Below, one piece after another: positions 52,795-60,375 of a stretch of DNA of 64,000 nt. Numbering within the stretch: the first letter of the stretch is position 1; the number at the start of each line of letters is the position of its first letter. This DNA comes from Actinomycetota bacterium. GTDB lineage: Bacteria; Actinomycetota; Actinomycetes; S36-B12. The position numbers and the translations under genes are program-made. The notes under the pieces are model-generated. The model saw only the letters and a program-made list of their open reading frames with translations. It was not told where the DNA came from and searched no databases. The DNA is taken from NCBI GenBank assembly GCA_009699015.1, contig WLOY01000003.1:273-64272 (forward strand). The letters run 5' to 3'.

Positions 52795-53600
52795 ACATGA
52801 CCAAGGAATATTCGCTCGCTCACCTGTCCATGATCGAGGTGCCGCCGATCGGCCTCGTACGCGCCGCCCAGCACGCGGGCTTCAACTACACCGGCTTTCG
52901 GCTGACCCCGACCTCGTCCGGCATCGATCACGGCATCCTCGGCAACGGCGGGGCCATCAGGGAGCTCAAGTCCGCCATCGACGACTCCGGGATCGGAGTC
53001 CTCGACCTCGAAGTCATCCGAATCAAAGAGGACGGACCTACGGCCGACCCAATGGCCCTGTTCGAGGCGGCAGAGTACCTCGGTGCCCGCTATGTCATCA
53101 CGACCCTCGAGGACCCCGATCCAGTTCGTCGCGTCGAGTCCTTGGCGCTGCTCGCCGAGCAGGCGGCCGAGTATGACGTGGCCTTGGCCGTCGAGTTCAT
53201 GCTCTTCTCCTCTGCGTCGACGCTGCAGGCTGCCTGCGAATCGGTTCTGGCGACTGGCGTGTCGAATGTCGTCGTCCTCGCCGACGTCCTGCATCTCGTG
53301 CGGTCCGGCGGCGTCCCGGATGACATGCTCGACTACCCGGCGCGGCTTTTCCCCTACGTCCAGATCTGCGGGGCACAGGGCGCGGCGGCGGCTCCTGATG
53401 CGGCAACGGCCCGGGCGGAGGCGGTCACCGCGCGCCTCATGCCGGATCAGGGGGATCTGCCTGTCCGGGAGTTCACCGAGTGCGTCCCCGCCGGGGCCGT
53501 ACTGAGCATCGAGTGCCCGCTCGCCGGGCTCGGCAATCCCAGCGATCCGGCAGCACTCGCTGTCGAACTCCTCGCCTCGGCCCGACGGGCATGCGAATGA
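52791..53600 (+). CDS. Sugar phosphate isomerase/epimerase (xylose-isomerase-like TIM barrel) family protein
   Basis: 269 aa. The alternating beta-alpha pattern and the ...VALAVEFMLFS..., ...VLADVLHLVRSG... blocks are compatible with the AP_endonuc_2 fold. ATGA-type overlaps with both neighbours. Confidence 0.65.
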   Translation: MNMTKEYSLAHLSMIEVPPIGLVRAAQHAGFNYTGFRLTPTSSGIDHGILGNGGAIRELKSAIDDSGIGVLDLEVIRIKEDGPTADPMALFEAAEYLGARYVITTLEDPDPVRRVESLALLAEQAAEYDVALAVEFMLFSSASTLQAACESVLATGVSNVVVLADVLHLVRSGGVPDDMLDYPARLFPYVQICGAQGAAAAPDAATARAEAVTARLMPDQGDLPVREFTECVPAGAVLSIECPLAGLGNPSDPAALAVELLASARRACE

Positions 53601-54361
53601 CGACATCGAAGGCGACGCCGCTCGAGATCGACGGCCTGGCCAACGCCCGTGACCTCGGAGGGCTGCGGACCGGCGATGGCCGGATCGTGCGGCGGGGGGC
53701 TGCTGTCCGCTGCGACAACCTCCTCAGCCTCACCGCAAAGGGACACCAGGACCTCATTGAGATTGTGGGTCCGCGGACCGTCATCGACCTGAGGATGGAG
53801 CTCGAGGTGGAGCGCGGCGGGTACACCTTCACCGACGAGACGATCACCGTGCTGAACTACCCCATGCTCCCGCTCTCCGGCGTGAACCAGGAGCAGATCG
53901 ATGCCGGAGCGTGCGATAACCTCATCGACGACTACATGGGGCAGATCGAGGTCAACGGGGACGCCGTCGTCAAGGCCCTTCGCGTGATCGCCGAGCCCGA
54001 GCAGCATCCCGTGGTCTACCACTGCACCGCGGGCAAGGATCGCACCGGCATCGTCACGGCGATGCTCCTGGGAATCCTCGGCGTCGACGACGCGACGATT
54101 GCTGCGGACTATCACGAAACGACGGCGAACATGGTGCCCATCATCGCGCGAATGCGCAGCGCACAGGTCTACAAGGACAACGGCCTCGCCTATGCGCCCG
54201 ACTGGATCTTCGAGTCGGAGCCGGAGACCATGCTCGCCTTCCTCACCCGGATGACCCAGCGGTATGGAAGCGCCGAGGCGTGGGCGCTGGGCCGGGGCCT
54301 GAGTCCAGCCGAGATCGTCAGTATTCGTGCGGACCTGCTCGTTGATGAGTCCGGGGACTGA
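53597..54361 (+). CDS. Tyrosine-phosphatase-fold protein (Y_phosphatase3-like)
   Basis: NARDLGG near the N-terminus and the C-x5-R P-loop HCTAGKDRTG. ATG 53591 is an alternative start. Confidence 0.75.
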   Translation: MTTSKATPLEIDGLANARDLGGLRTGDGRIVRRGAAVRCDNLLSLTAKGHQDLIEIVGPRTVIDLRMELEVERGGYTFTDETITVLNYPMLPLSGVNQEQIDAGACDNLIDDYMGQIEVNGDAVVKALRVIAEPEQHPVVYHCTAGKDRTGIVTAMLLGILGVDDATIAADYHETTANMVPIIARMRSAQVYKDNGLAYAPDWIFESEPETMLAFLTRMTQRYGSAEAWALGRGLSPAEIVSIRADLLVDESGD

Positions 54362-54376
54362 CCGGCCCGCGAACGG

Positions 54377-55126
54377 CTACTGAATGGTCTCGCCCCCGTC
54401 GACGACGAGTGTCGCTCCGGTCATGAAGCTCGCATCGTCGCTCAGCAGGAAGCACACGGCGGCGGCCAGTTCCTCTGCCTGGGCTACCCGCTTGAGCGGG
54501 ATGTTGGCGCCGAACATCTCAGCGCCCTTCTCCAGCGTGCCGCCGCGTGCGAGCATGAGCGGCTCGGTCATGCCGGTGAGAGTGCGCCCGGGTGCAACGC
54601 AGTTCACGCGGACGGCGGGCGCTGCCTCGAGGGCGAACTGCCGGGTGAATCCGGTGATCGCCGCCTTTGCCGCACCGTAGGGAACATTGAGCCGCTGCGC
54701 GACGATCGATGCCGTCGAGGCGATGGTGACGAGGGATCCGGCCCCGCGCGACTGCATGATCGGGTTCGTGTACTTCGCGGTCAGGAAGGTGCCGCCGACG
54801 TGCACCTCCATCAACCGATTGAAGCGGGCTGAGTCCCATTCCGAGATGAGGTCGAACTCGGCGTGACCGGCGCAGGCGAGCACGAGGTCGATGCCGCCGA
54901 GCTTGGCGACCGTGGCATCCACCGCGGCCTTCACCTGGGCCTCATCGGCGACATTCGCTGACAGCCCGATGCAGCCGGGGAGTTCCGCAGCGACGGCCTG
55001 GGCCTTTGCGAGGTCCAAGTCGACGATGGCCGCGACCCCGCCCTCGGCGACGACGCGCGCGGCCGTCGCCCGGCCGATGCCGCTGGCGCCACCGGTCACG
55101 AAGAGGATCTTGTTCTCGAAGCGCAT
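54377..55126 (-). CDS. SDR family oxidoreductase
   Basis: 249 aa from ATG 55126. ILFVTGGASGIGRAT, YGAAKAAITGFTRQFALE. Confidence 0.85.
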   Translation of the reverse strand: MRFENKILFVTGGASGIGRATAARVVAEGGVAAIVDLDLAKAQAVAAELPGCIGLSANVADEAQVKAAVDATVAKLGGIDLVLACAGHAEFDLISEWDSARFNRLMEVHVGGTFLTAKYTNPIMQSRGAGSLVTIASTASIVAQRLNVPYGAAKAAITGFTRQFALEAAPAVRVNCVAPGRTLTGMTEPLMLARGGTLEKGAEMFGANIPLKRVAQAEELAAAVCFLLSDDASFMTGATLVVDGGETIQ

Positions 55127-55176
55127 GGGAGTCTCCAATTTCAATCAGCGAGGAATGAGGTGAGGGCCAGACGCGA

Positions 55177-55704
55177 TCAGTGCGAACCCGAGGGGGAGTC
55201 GCTCGGCCGGGCACCCTCGGACGCCTTCCACATCTTCGCGCTGTCGAAGCCGATCCGGGTCACCGGGACGAGTTCGAGAACGACCCGCTCAGGGGAGTCG
55301 AGCATCGTGCGGAAGGCCTCGGCTTTTTCGGGCTCACCCGGGCGCATCGCATTCGCGAACTCCGGCAGGATGCGGTCGATGGTCTCGCGATCCGTGTGGA
55401 CGATCGCGTTGCACTTGTAGGTGATGGACCGTCGCTCCTTCACCGAGGACCCCTTGGACGTGACGGCGATGCTCACCCGCGGATCCTTGCGGATCGACGC
55501 GATGCGCGGGCGTTCCTCGCTCGCGGTGAGCCAGAAGATGCCATCGCGGTAGATGAAGTTCACGATGACGCCCATCGGCCAGCCCTCCTTGCCCGACCAG
55601 ATGAGCGTGCATTCGATCTGCGCGTTGAGTAACTCCAGTTCGTCATCAGTATCAAGGCTGTAGGACTTGACGTCCTCCCAGTTCTGTGCCTGTGCTGAAG
55701 TCAC
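55177..55704 (-). CDS. Pyridoxamine 5'-phosphate oxidase-fold protein (possibly F420-dependent)
   Basis: 175 aa. ...CTLIWSGKEGWPMGVIVNFIYRDGIFWLTASEERPRIASIRKDPRVSIAV... is a split-barrel PPOX pattern. Confidence 0.7.
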   Translation of the reverse strand: MTSAQAQNWEDVKSYSLDTDDELELLNAQIECTLIWSGKEGWPMGVIVNFIYRDGIFWLTASEERPRIASIRKDPRVSIAVTSKGSSVKERRSITYKCNAIVHTDRETIDRILPEFANAMRPGEPEKAEAFRTMLDSPERVVLELVPVTRIGFDSAKMWKASEGARPSDSPSGSH

Positions 55705-55768
55705 GGTTTTCCTCTCAGAATGCTACGAATCGAATGGTTGCTAGGGTGCCACATCCCGGGGGCAATTC

Positions 55769-55805
55769 CTAGATAGTCCTTGCATAAACTAGCAAGGCTG
55801 TCTAG
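55769..55805. promoter_or_regulatory. Imperfect 14/15-bp inverted repeat, candidate operator in a divergent promoter region
   Basis: CTAGATAGTCCTTGC-ataaacta-GCAAGGCTGTCTAG lies between the divergent PPOX (start 55704) and SnoaL-like (start 55908) genes. The function is inferred. Confidence 0.4.
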
Positions 55806-55853
55806 TTTCGGGTGGGGTGGATGCCGCGATGTCCACTACGCCACGCCCGACCC

Positions 55854-55879
55854 GCTCACCCGACCTGCTCACCCGACCG
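55854..55879. repeat. 13-bp tandem repeat x2 (GCTCACCCGACCK) in the 5' leader of the SnoaL-like gene
   Basis: gctcacccgacct / gctcacccgaccg, read directly. Confidence 0.8.
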
Positions 55880-55907
55880 CTGAATCGACCCAGCCCAGGA
55901 GGCACAC

Positions 55908-56354
55908 GTGCCGCTCGACCTGCAGACCATCTCCGACCGGATGGAGATCGACGACCTCCTCGTCCGCTACTCCCGGGCAATCGACACCAAGGACTTCGCC
56001 GAACTCGAGAACCTGTTCACCCCCGATGGCGAGTACGACGCGGGCAGCCTGGGCCACCCGAAGAGCGCCAAGGCGGTGCGGGAGATGATCGAGGGCGCGA
56101 TCGGCGGCCTAGACGCGACGATGCACCTGGTGGCGAAGAGCCTCATCGACGTTGACGGCGATTCGGCCGAGGTACGCACCTACCTGATCTCGCAGCACAT
56201 CCGCGAGTCGACCCCCGGCCCGGTCAAGCACTACTCCATCGGAGCCGAGTACGCCGACCGGGTCGTCCGCACTGCCGACGGCTGGAAGTTCGCCTATCGT
56301 CGGCTCGACCGAATGTGGAAAGAGGGCGATCGCGCCGTCATCGTCCGCGACTAG
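55908..56354 (+). CDS. SnoaL-like / NTF2-fold protein
   Basis: 148 aa from GTG 55908, 5 nt after an AGGAGG RBS. DRMEIDDLLVRYSRAIDTKDFAELENLFTPDGEYD is a SnoaL_4-type N-terminus. Confidence 0.7.
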   Translation: MPLDLQTISDRMEIDDLLVRYSRAIDTKDFAELENLFTPDGEYDAGSLGHPKSAKAVREMIEGAIGGLDATMHLVAKSLIDVDGDSAEVRTYLISQHIRESTPGPVKHYSIGAEYADRVVRTADGWKFAYRRLDRMWKEGDRAVIVRD

Positions 56355-56371
56355 CCTGTCGCCACGCACCA

Positions 56372-56428
56372 GAGCAAGCCATCTTCATCCGAGCAAGCCA
56401 TCTTCATCCGAGCAAGCCATCGTCATCG
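56372..56428. repeat. 19-bp tandem repeat x3 (GAGCAAGCCATCTTCATCC) immediately upstream of the first PEP-utilising-domain gene
   Basis: Units at 56372-56390 and 56391-56409 are identical. The unit at 56410-56428 has 2 mismatches. A partial fourth GAGCAAGG at 56433-56440 merges into the RBS. Confidence 0.9.
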
Positions 56429-56448
56429 ACCGGAGCAAGGGAGTCACC

Positions 56449-58182
56449 ATGGACCGTTGGATCGCCGACACGGAGCAGTCCGAGCGCTTTCCCATCTACA
56501 CGCGCGGCAACGCCGACGAGGTGGGCCCGGACCCGTTCACCCCGCTCAACTGGTCGCTTCCCTGGGAGCAGGGCGTCGTGCCCGGCACCGCGTGGGGATG
56601 GATCCACATGGGGACCTTCAAGGAGCAGGAGTTCCTGTGGACCCAGCCGGAGACCTACGGGTCGTGGGGCGGCTACTTCTACAACCAGGTCTCGGTCGGA
56701 CGCGTGTTCGGCCACCGCATGCCGGGCCTCACCGCCGATGCGATCGACGTGAGCTTCTTCGGCCAGAACCCGGCTGTGCCGAAATATGTCGAGGACCCGC
56801 GCGACAACGATGAGGAGTGCTCGGCGGCACTCGGGGCGACGTTCGCCGGGATCCTCGGCAACAGCCAGCAGCCATTGCTCGACGAGTTCCTCGCCGAGGT
56901 GCAGGCCTGGGTCGCCTCGAGGCCGGACCTGTCGTCGGTGAGCGATGCTGAGCTCGTCGAGTACGGGCGTGCCATGGCCAAGCGCCAGAACCGCACGTGG
57001 GATGTCTATGCGCAGGTCGTCGTCGGCGCGACGGTCGGACCGGCCATCGTCCAGGGCGTTGCGGACGCGGTCGGCAAGCCGGAGCTCGGCATCACCATCT
57101 TCGCTGCGCTCGGCGAGGTGGCGTCCGCCGGCGTCCCGGAGCGCATCTGGGACCTGTCACGAATGGTGAACGGGTCGCCGGAGATCTCGGCCGCCTTCGA
57201 CTCGGGGGTCGATGGACTCCATGAGCGCCTCGCAGCACTGCCGTCGGCAGCCTCGTTCAATGCGGCTTTCGCGGGGCTGCTCGATGATTTCGGCCACCGC
57301 GGCGTCAACGAGTGGGAGCTGAGCGCCGACACCTGGCGGATCAACCCGAGCCTCGCCTACGACATGATCGATCGAGTGCGAAAGCAGGATGACAGCAATT
57401 CGCCCGAGATCCGGTCCGCGCAGGCGATGGCGAACCGAATCGCTGCGGAGGCCGAGCTCAGCGCGCTCGTGGCGGGCGACGAGGCGACCGCGGGCATGCT
57501 CGCCGCCGGCATCAACTCCGGCCAGACGTCGTACCGCATGCGCGAGGCGGGCAAGAACGCCGCGGTGAAGCTGTTCCACGAGCCGAAGCTGGCGTTCCGC
57601 GAGCTCGGCCGGCGCATGAACGAGCGCGGCTCGATCGCTGACCCGATGGACATCTTCATGCTCCTGGACTCCGAGCTCGATGGCTTCCTCGTCGATCAGT
57701 CGGGATGGAGTGCGACCCTCGCCCAGCGCTCGGTCGACTTCGCGACCCTCAAGGACCTCGACCCGCCGTACGTCGTCATGCATGGCCAGCCGATCCCCCC
57801 GATCAGCGAGTGGCCGCGGAAGGGCTCCGTCGGCGGGGCCGCGGAGGCACCCGGCACGATGATCAAGGCGGTAGCGGGCTCGCCGGGCTCGGTGACGGCG
57901 CGCACGCGGATCATCTCCGATCTCTCGCATGCCGATGAGCTGGAGCCGGGTGAGATCCTCGTCTGCACGACGACCGACCCCTCCTGGGTTCCGCTGTTCA
58001 TGATCGCCAGCGCGGTCATCTGCGAGATCGGCGCTCCCGGCAGCCATGCGGTCATCGTGAGCCGGGAGATCGGTGTGCCCTGCGTCGTGTCGCTCCTGGG
58101 AGCCAGCCACAAGCTGCCGACCGGGACCCTCGTCGAGCTGAACGGATCGACCGGCACTGTCACTGTGGTCGAATCCGCCTGA
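56449..58182 (+). CDS. PEP-utilising-enzyme mobile-domain protein (rifampin-phosphotransferase-like substrate plus swivel-His domains, no ATP-grasp domain recognised)
   Basis: 577 aa. The C-terminus GEILVCTTTDPSWVPLFMIASAVICEIGAPGSHAVIVSREIGVPCVV is the phospho-histidine swivel domain. The N-terminus begins directly with WIADTEQSERFPIYTRGNADEVGPDPFTPL. Confidence 0.8.
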   Translation: MDRWIADTEQSERFPIYTRGNADEVGPDPFTPLNWSLPWEQGVVPGTAWGWIHMGTFKEQEFLWTQPETYGSWGGYFYNQVSVGRVFGHRMPGLTADAIDVSFFGQNPAVPKYVEDPRDNDEECSAALGATFAGILGNSQQPLLDEFLAEVQAWVASRPDLSSVSDAELVEYGRAMAKRQNRTWDVYAQVVVGATVGPAIVQGVADAVGKPELGITIFAALGEVASAGVPERIWDLSRMVNGSPEISAAFDSGVDGLHERLAALPSAASFNAAFAGLLDDFGHRGVNEWELSADTWRINPSLAYDMIDRVRKQDDSNSPEIRSAQAMANRIAAEAELSALVAGDEATAGMLAAGINSGQTSYRMREAGKNAAVKLFHEPKLAFRELGRRMNERGSIADPMDIFMLLDSELDGFLVDQSGWSATLAQRSVDFATLKDLDPPYVVMHGQPIPPISEWPRKGSVGGAAEAPGTMIKAVAGSPGSVTARTRIISDLSHADELEPGEILVCTTTDPSWVPLFMIASAVICEIGAPGSHAVIVSREIGVPCVVSLLGASHKLPTGTLVELNGSTGTVTVVESA

Positions 58183-58183
58183 G

Positions 58184-58897
58184 ATGACCGTAATCAGCCC
58201 CCCGGTATCGCCGGAGCCGCCGTTTTCCGTGCGCGAGCCATTCCTCATCGGCTCGCGCACGGCGACGCGCGTCACGCTCATCCGCCATGGCCAGCAGCAG
58301 TACCCGGTGAGCGACGTCTTCACGCACGGGGACTGGGTCGACCCACACCTGTCGGACATCGGCAGGAGGCAGGCCGTTGCCGTTGCCATGGCTCTGCAGG
58401 ACGAGCCGATCGACGTCCTGTTCTCGAGCACCCTGTCGAGGGCCATCGATACGGCGGCCGCCATCGGCGAGCCCCACGGGCTCATGCCAGTGCAACTGCA
58501 TGAGCTGCGCGAAATCGAGTCCTACCGGGATATCGGCGCCGACGAGAACCCCGCCGACCTCGTTCCCGAATCCGAGTGGGTCGAACGCCAGCGCAGGTTC
58601 CGGCTCGAGCGCCGCTGGGACCTCATGCCGTTCGGCGAGCCTGGTGCCGAATTCAGGGCGCGGAGCCTCGCTGCCGTCAACGGCCTGGCCGATGCGCATC
58701 GGGGCAAGCACATCGTCATTGTGGCGCACGGAGGCGTCATCAACGCCTACCTCAGCGAGGTGCTCGGCACCGACGAGGACCTGTTCTTCCTCCCGACCCA
58801 CACGGCGATCAGCCGTGTGGTGCTCGACCATGAGATCAGGGTCATCCGGAGCATCAACGAGCACCAGCACCTAGGAGGGGACCTGCTCACGTATTGA
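58184..58897 (+). CDS. Histidine phosphatase family protein (PGM-like branch)
   Basis: RHG motif (VTLIRHGQQQY) and a second His block IVIVAHGGVINAYL. The ATG lies 1 nt after the upstream stop. Confidence 0.8.
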   Translation: MTVISPPVSPEPPFSVREPFLIGSRTATRVTLIRHGQQQYPVSDVFTHGDWVDPHLSDIGRRQAVAVAMALQDEPIDVLFSSTLSRAIDTAAAIGEPHGLMPVQLHELREIESYRDIGADENPADLVPESEWVERQRRFRLERRWDLMPFGEPGAEFRARSLAAVNGLADAHRGKHIVIVAHGGVINAYLSEVLGTDEDLFFLPTHTAISRVVLDHEIRVIRSINEHQHLGGDLLTY

Positions 58898-58988
58898 TCG
58901 ATGAGCGGCCCCGCCTGACGGATGCACCGCTCGACCTTGCGAACGAGCCGCGAGATTCGTATGCCAGCCATAGCGAAAGGATCCTCGA

Positions 58989-60194
58989 ATGACCGAAGCA
59001 GTCCCGCAGTACCAGGCGGCCGCGGTCTTCGAGGCGGTTGAGCGTGAAAGCGCACTCGACCTCATGGGCAGGCTCGTGGAGCACCGGCGTAACGGCACGA
59101 CCGACATGGTGGCCGAGCAGCGCCGCGAGCCGATTGCCAAGTACCTCGACCAGGGGCTCTGGGAGCGGGAGATCGCCGAGATCTTCCATGTGATCCCGCT
59201 GCCGGTCGCGACATCGGCCGAACTGCCGAGCGTGGGCGACTTCAAGGCGATGCGGGTCGTCGGCCGCGAGATCGTGCTCGTCCGGGCCGCTGACGGAACC
59301 GTCAGCGCGATGCTGAATGTCTGCCGCCACCGCTCGATGAAGGTCGTACCCACGGGTTGCGGCAGTGCCCGGCGCTTCACCTGCCCCTACCACTCCTGGA
59401 CATACGACACCGAGGGCCGGCTCACCGGCGTGCCGGGGGAGGAGACCTTCGGAGCGGTTGACCGCGAGGAGAACGGCCTCGTGCGGCTGGCCTGCGACGA
59501 GCGTGCGGGCATCATCTTCGCCTGCCTCACGCCCGGCGTCCCCATGGACCTCGACGCCTGGCTAGGCGACGCGCTGCCCCTGCTCGAGCAGCTCGGCCTG
59601 GACAAGAGCCACCACTTCTCCACCCGCGAGCTTGCGGGCCCGAACTGGAAGGTGACTGTCGATGGGTTCCTCGAGGGGTATCACTTCTCCTCGCTGCACC
59701 CGAACACGGTGGCGCTCACGAACTACAGCAACATGGCTGCCTTCGACTCGTACGGCCCGCACATGCGCCATGTCTTCGCACTCAAGTCGATCGATCGATT
59801 CCTTGACGCCCCCCGCGAGGAGTGGGAGCCGGCCGAGGCGCTCGGGCTCGTCTACTGGATCTTTCCCGGGATGGCGATCGCGGGCGGGTGGCGTGAGCGG
59901 ACGGTCGTATCGATCATGCTTCCGGGGGACTCGTGGGCGGAGTCGATGACGCGGCAGACGGTGCTGCTCCGGCATGCGCCGCAGACCCCGCAGGAGCTCC
60001 TCGAGGCCGAGCGCACCGCGGACTGGTTCTATGCCGCCTTCCGTGACGAGGACTACTCGGCGCAGGCCGAGGTCATGAACGGCCTGTCGTCGCTCGCGGA
60101 CAAGGAGATGATCATCGGCCGCAATGAGCCGGGCGTGCAGCATGTGCACGAGACGATCGACCGGATCCTTCGGGGCGACTCGCCCCATCGCTGA
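58989..60194 (+). CDS. Rieske [2Fe-2S] non-haem-iron oxygenase, alpha subunit only
   Basis: CRHRSMKV...CPYHSWTYD Rieske ligands and the mononuclear-iron motif EGYHFSSLH (H-x4-H). No beta-subunit ORF follows. Confidence 0.85.
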   Translation: MTEAVPQYQAAAVFEAVERESALDLMGRLVEHRRNGTTDMVAEQRREPIAKYLDQGLWEREIAEIFHVIPLPVATSAELPSVGDFKAMRVVGREIVLVRAADGTVSAMLNVCRHRSMKVVPTGCGSARRFTCPYHSWTYDTEGRLTGVPGEETFGAVDREENGLVRLACDERAGIIFACLTPGVPMDLDAWLGDALPLLEQLGLDKSHHFSTRELAGPNWKVTVDGFLEGYHFSSLHPNTVALTNYSNMAAFDSYGPHMRHVFALKSIDRFLDAPREEWEPAEALGLVYWIFPGMAIAGGWRERTVVSIMLPGDSWAESMTRQTVLLRHAPQTPQELLEAERTADWFYAAFRDEDYSAQAEVMNGLSSLADKEMIIGRNEPGVQHVHETIDRILRGDSPHR

Positions 60195-60375
60195 TGGAAT
60201 GGCGGTGAGGGCCTATCGCGATCGCGTCGCATGCGCCTGACTTACTGCACATCTTGCCTACTAACCGGTGAGATCCCCTGACAGTCACCCCACGGTGATG
60301 GCAGACTGACTCTGCGCAGCGGGCGGTCCTGCCCACGCGCCCTGCGCAACGTCGCAGCCGATGAGAGGAAGAGTG

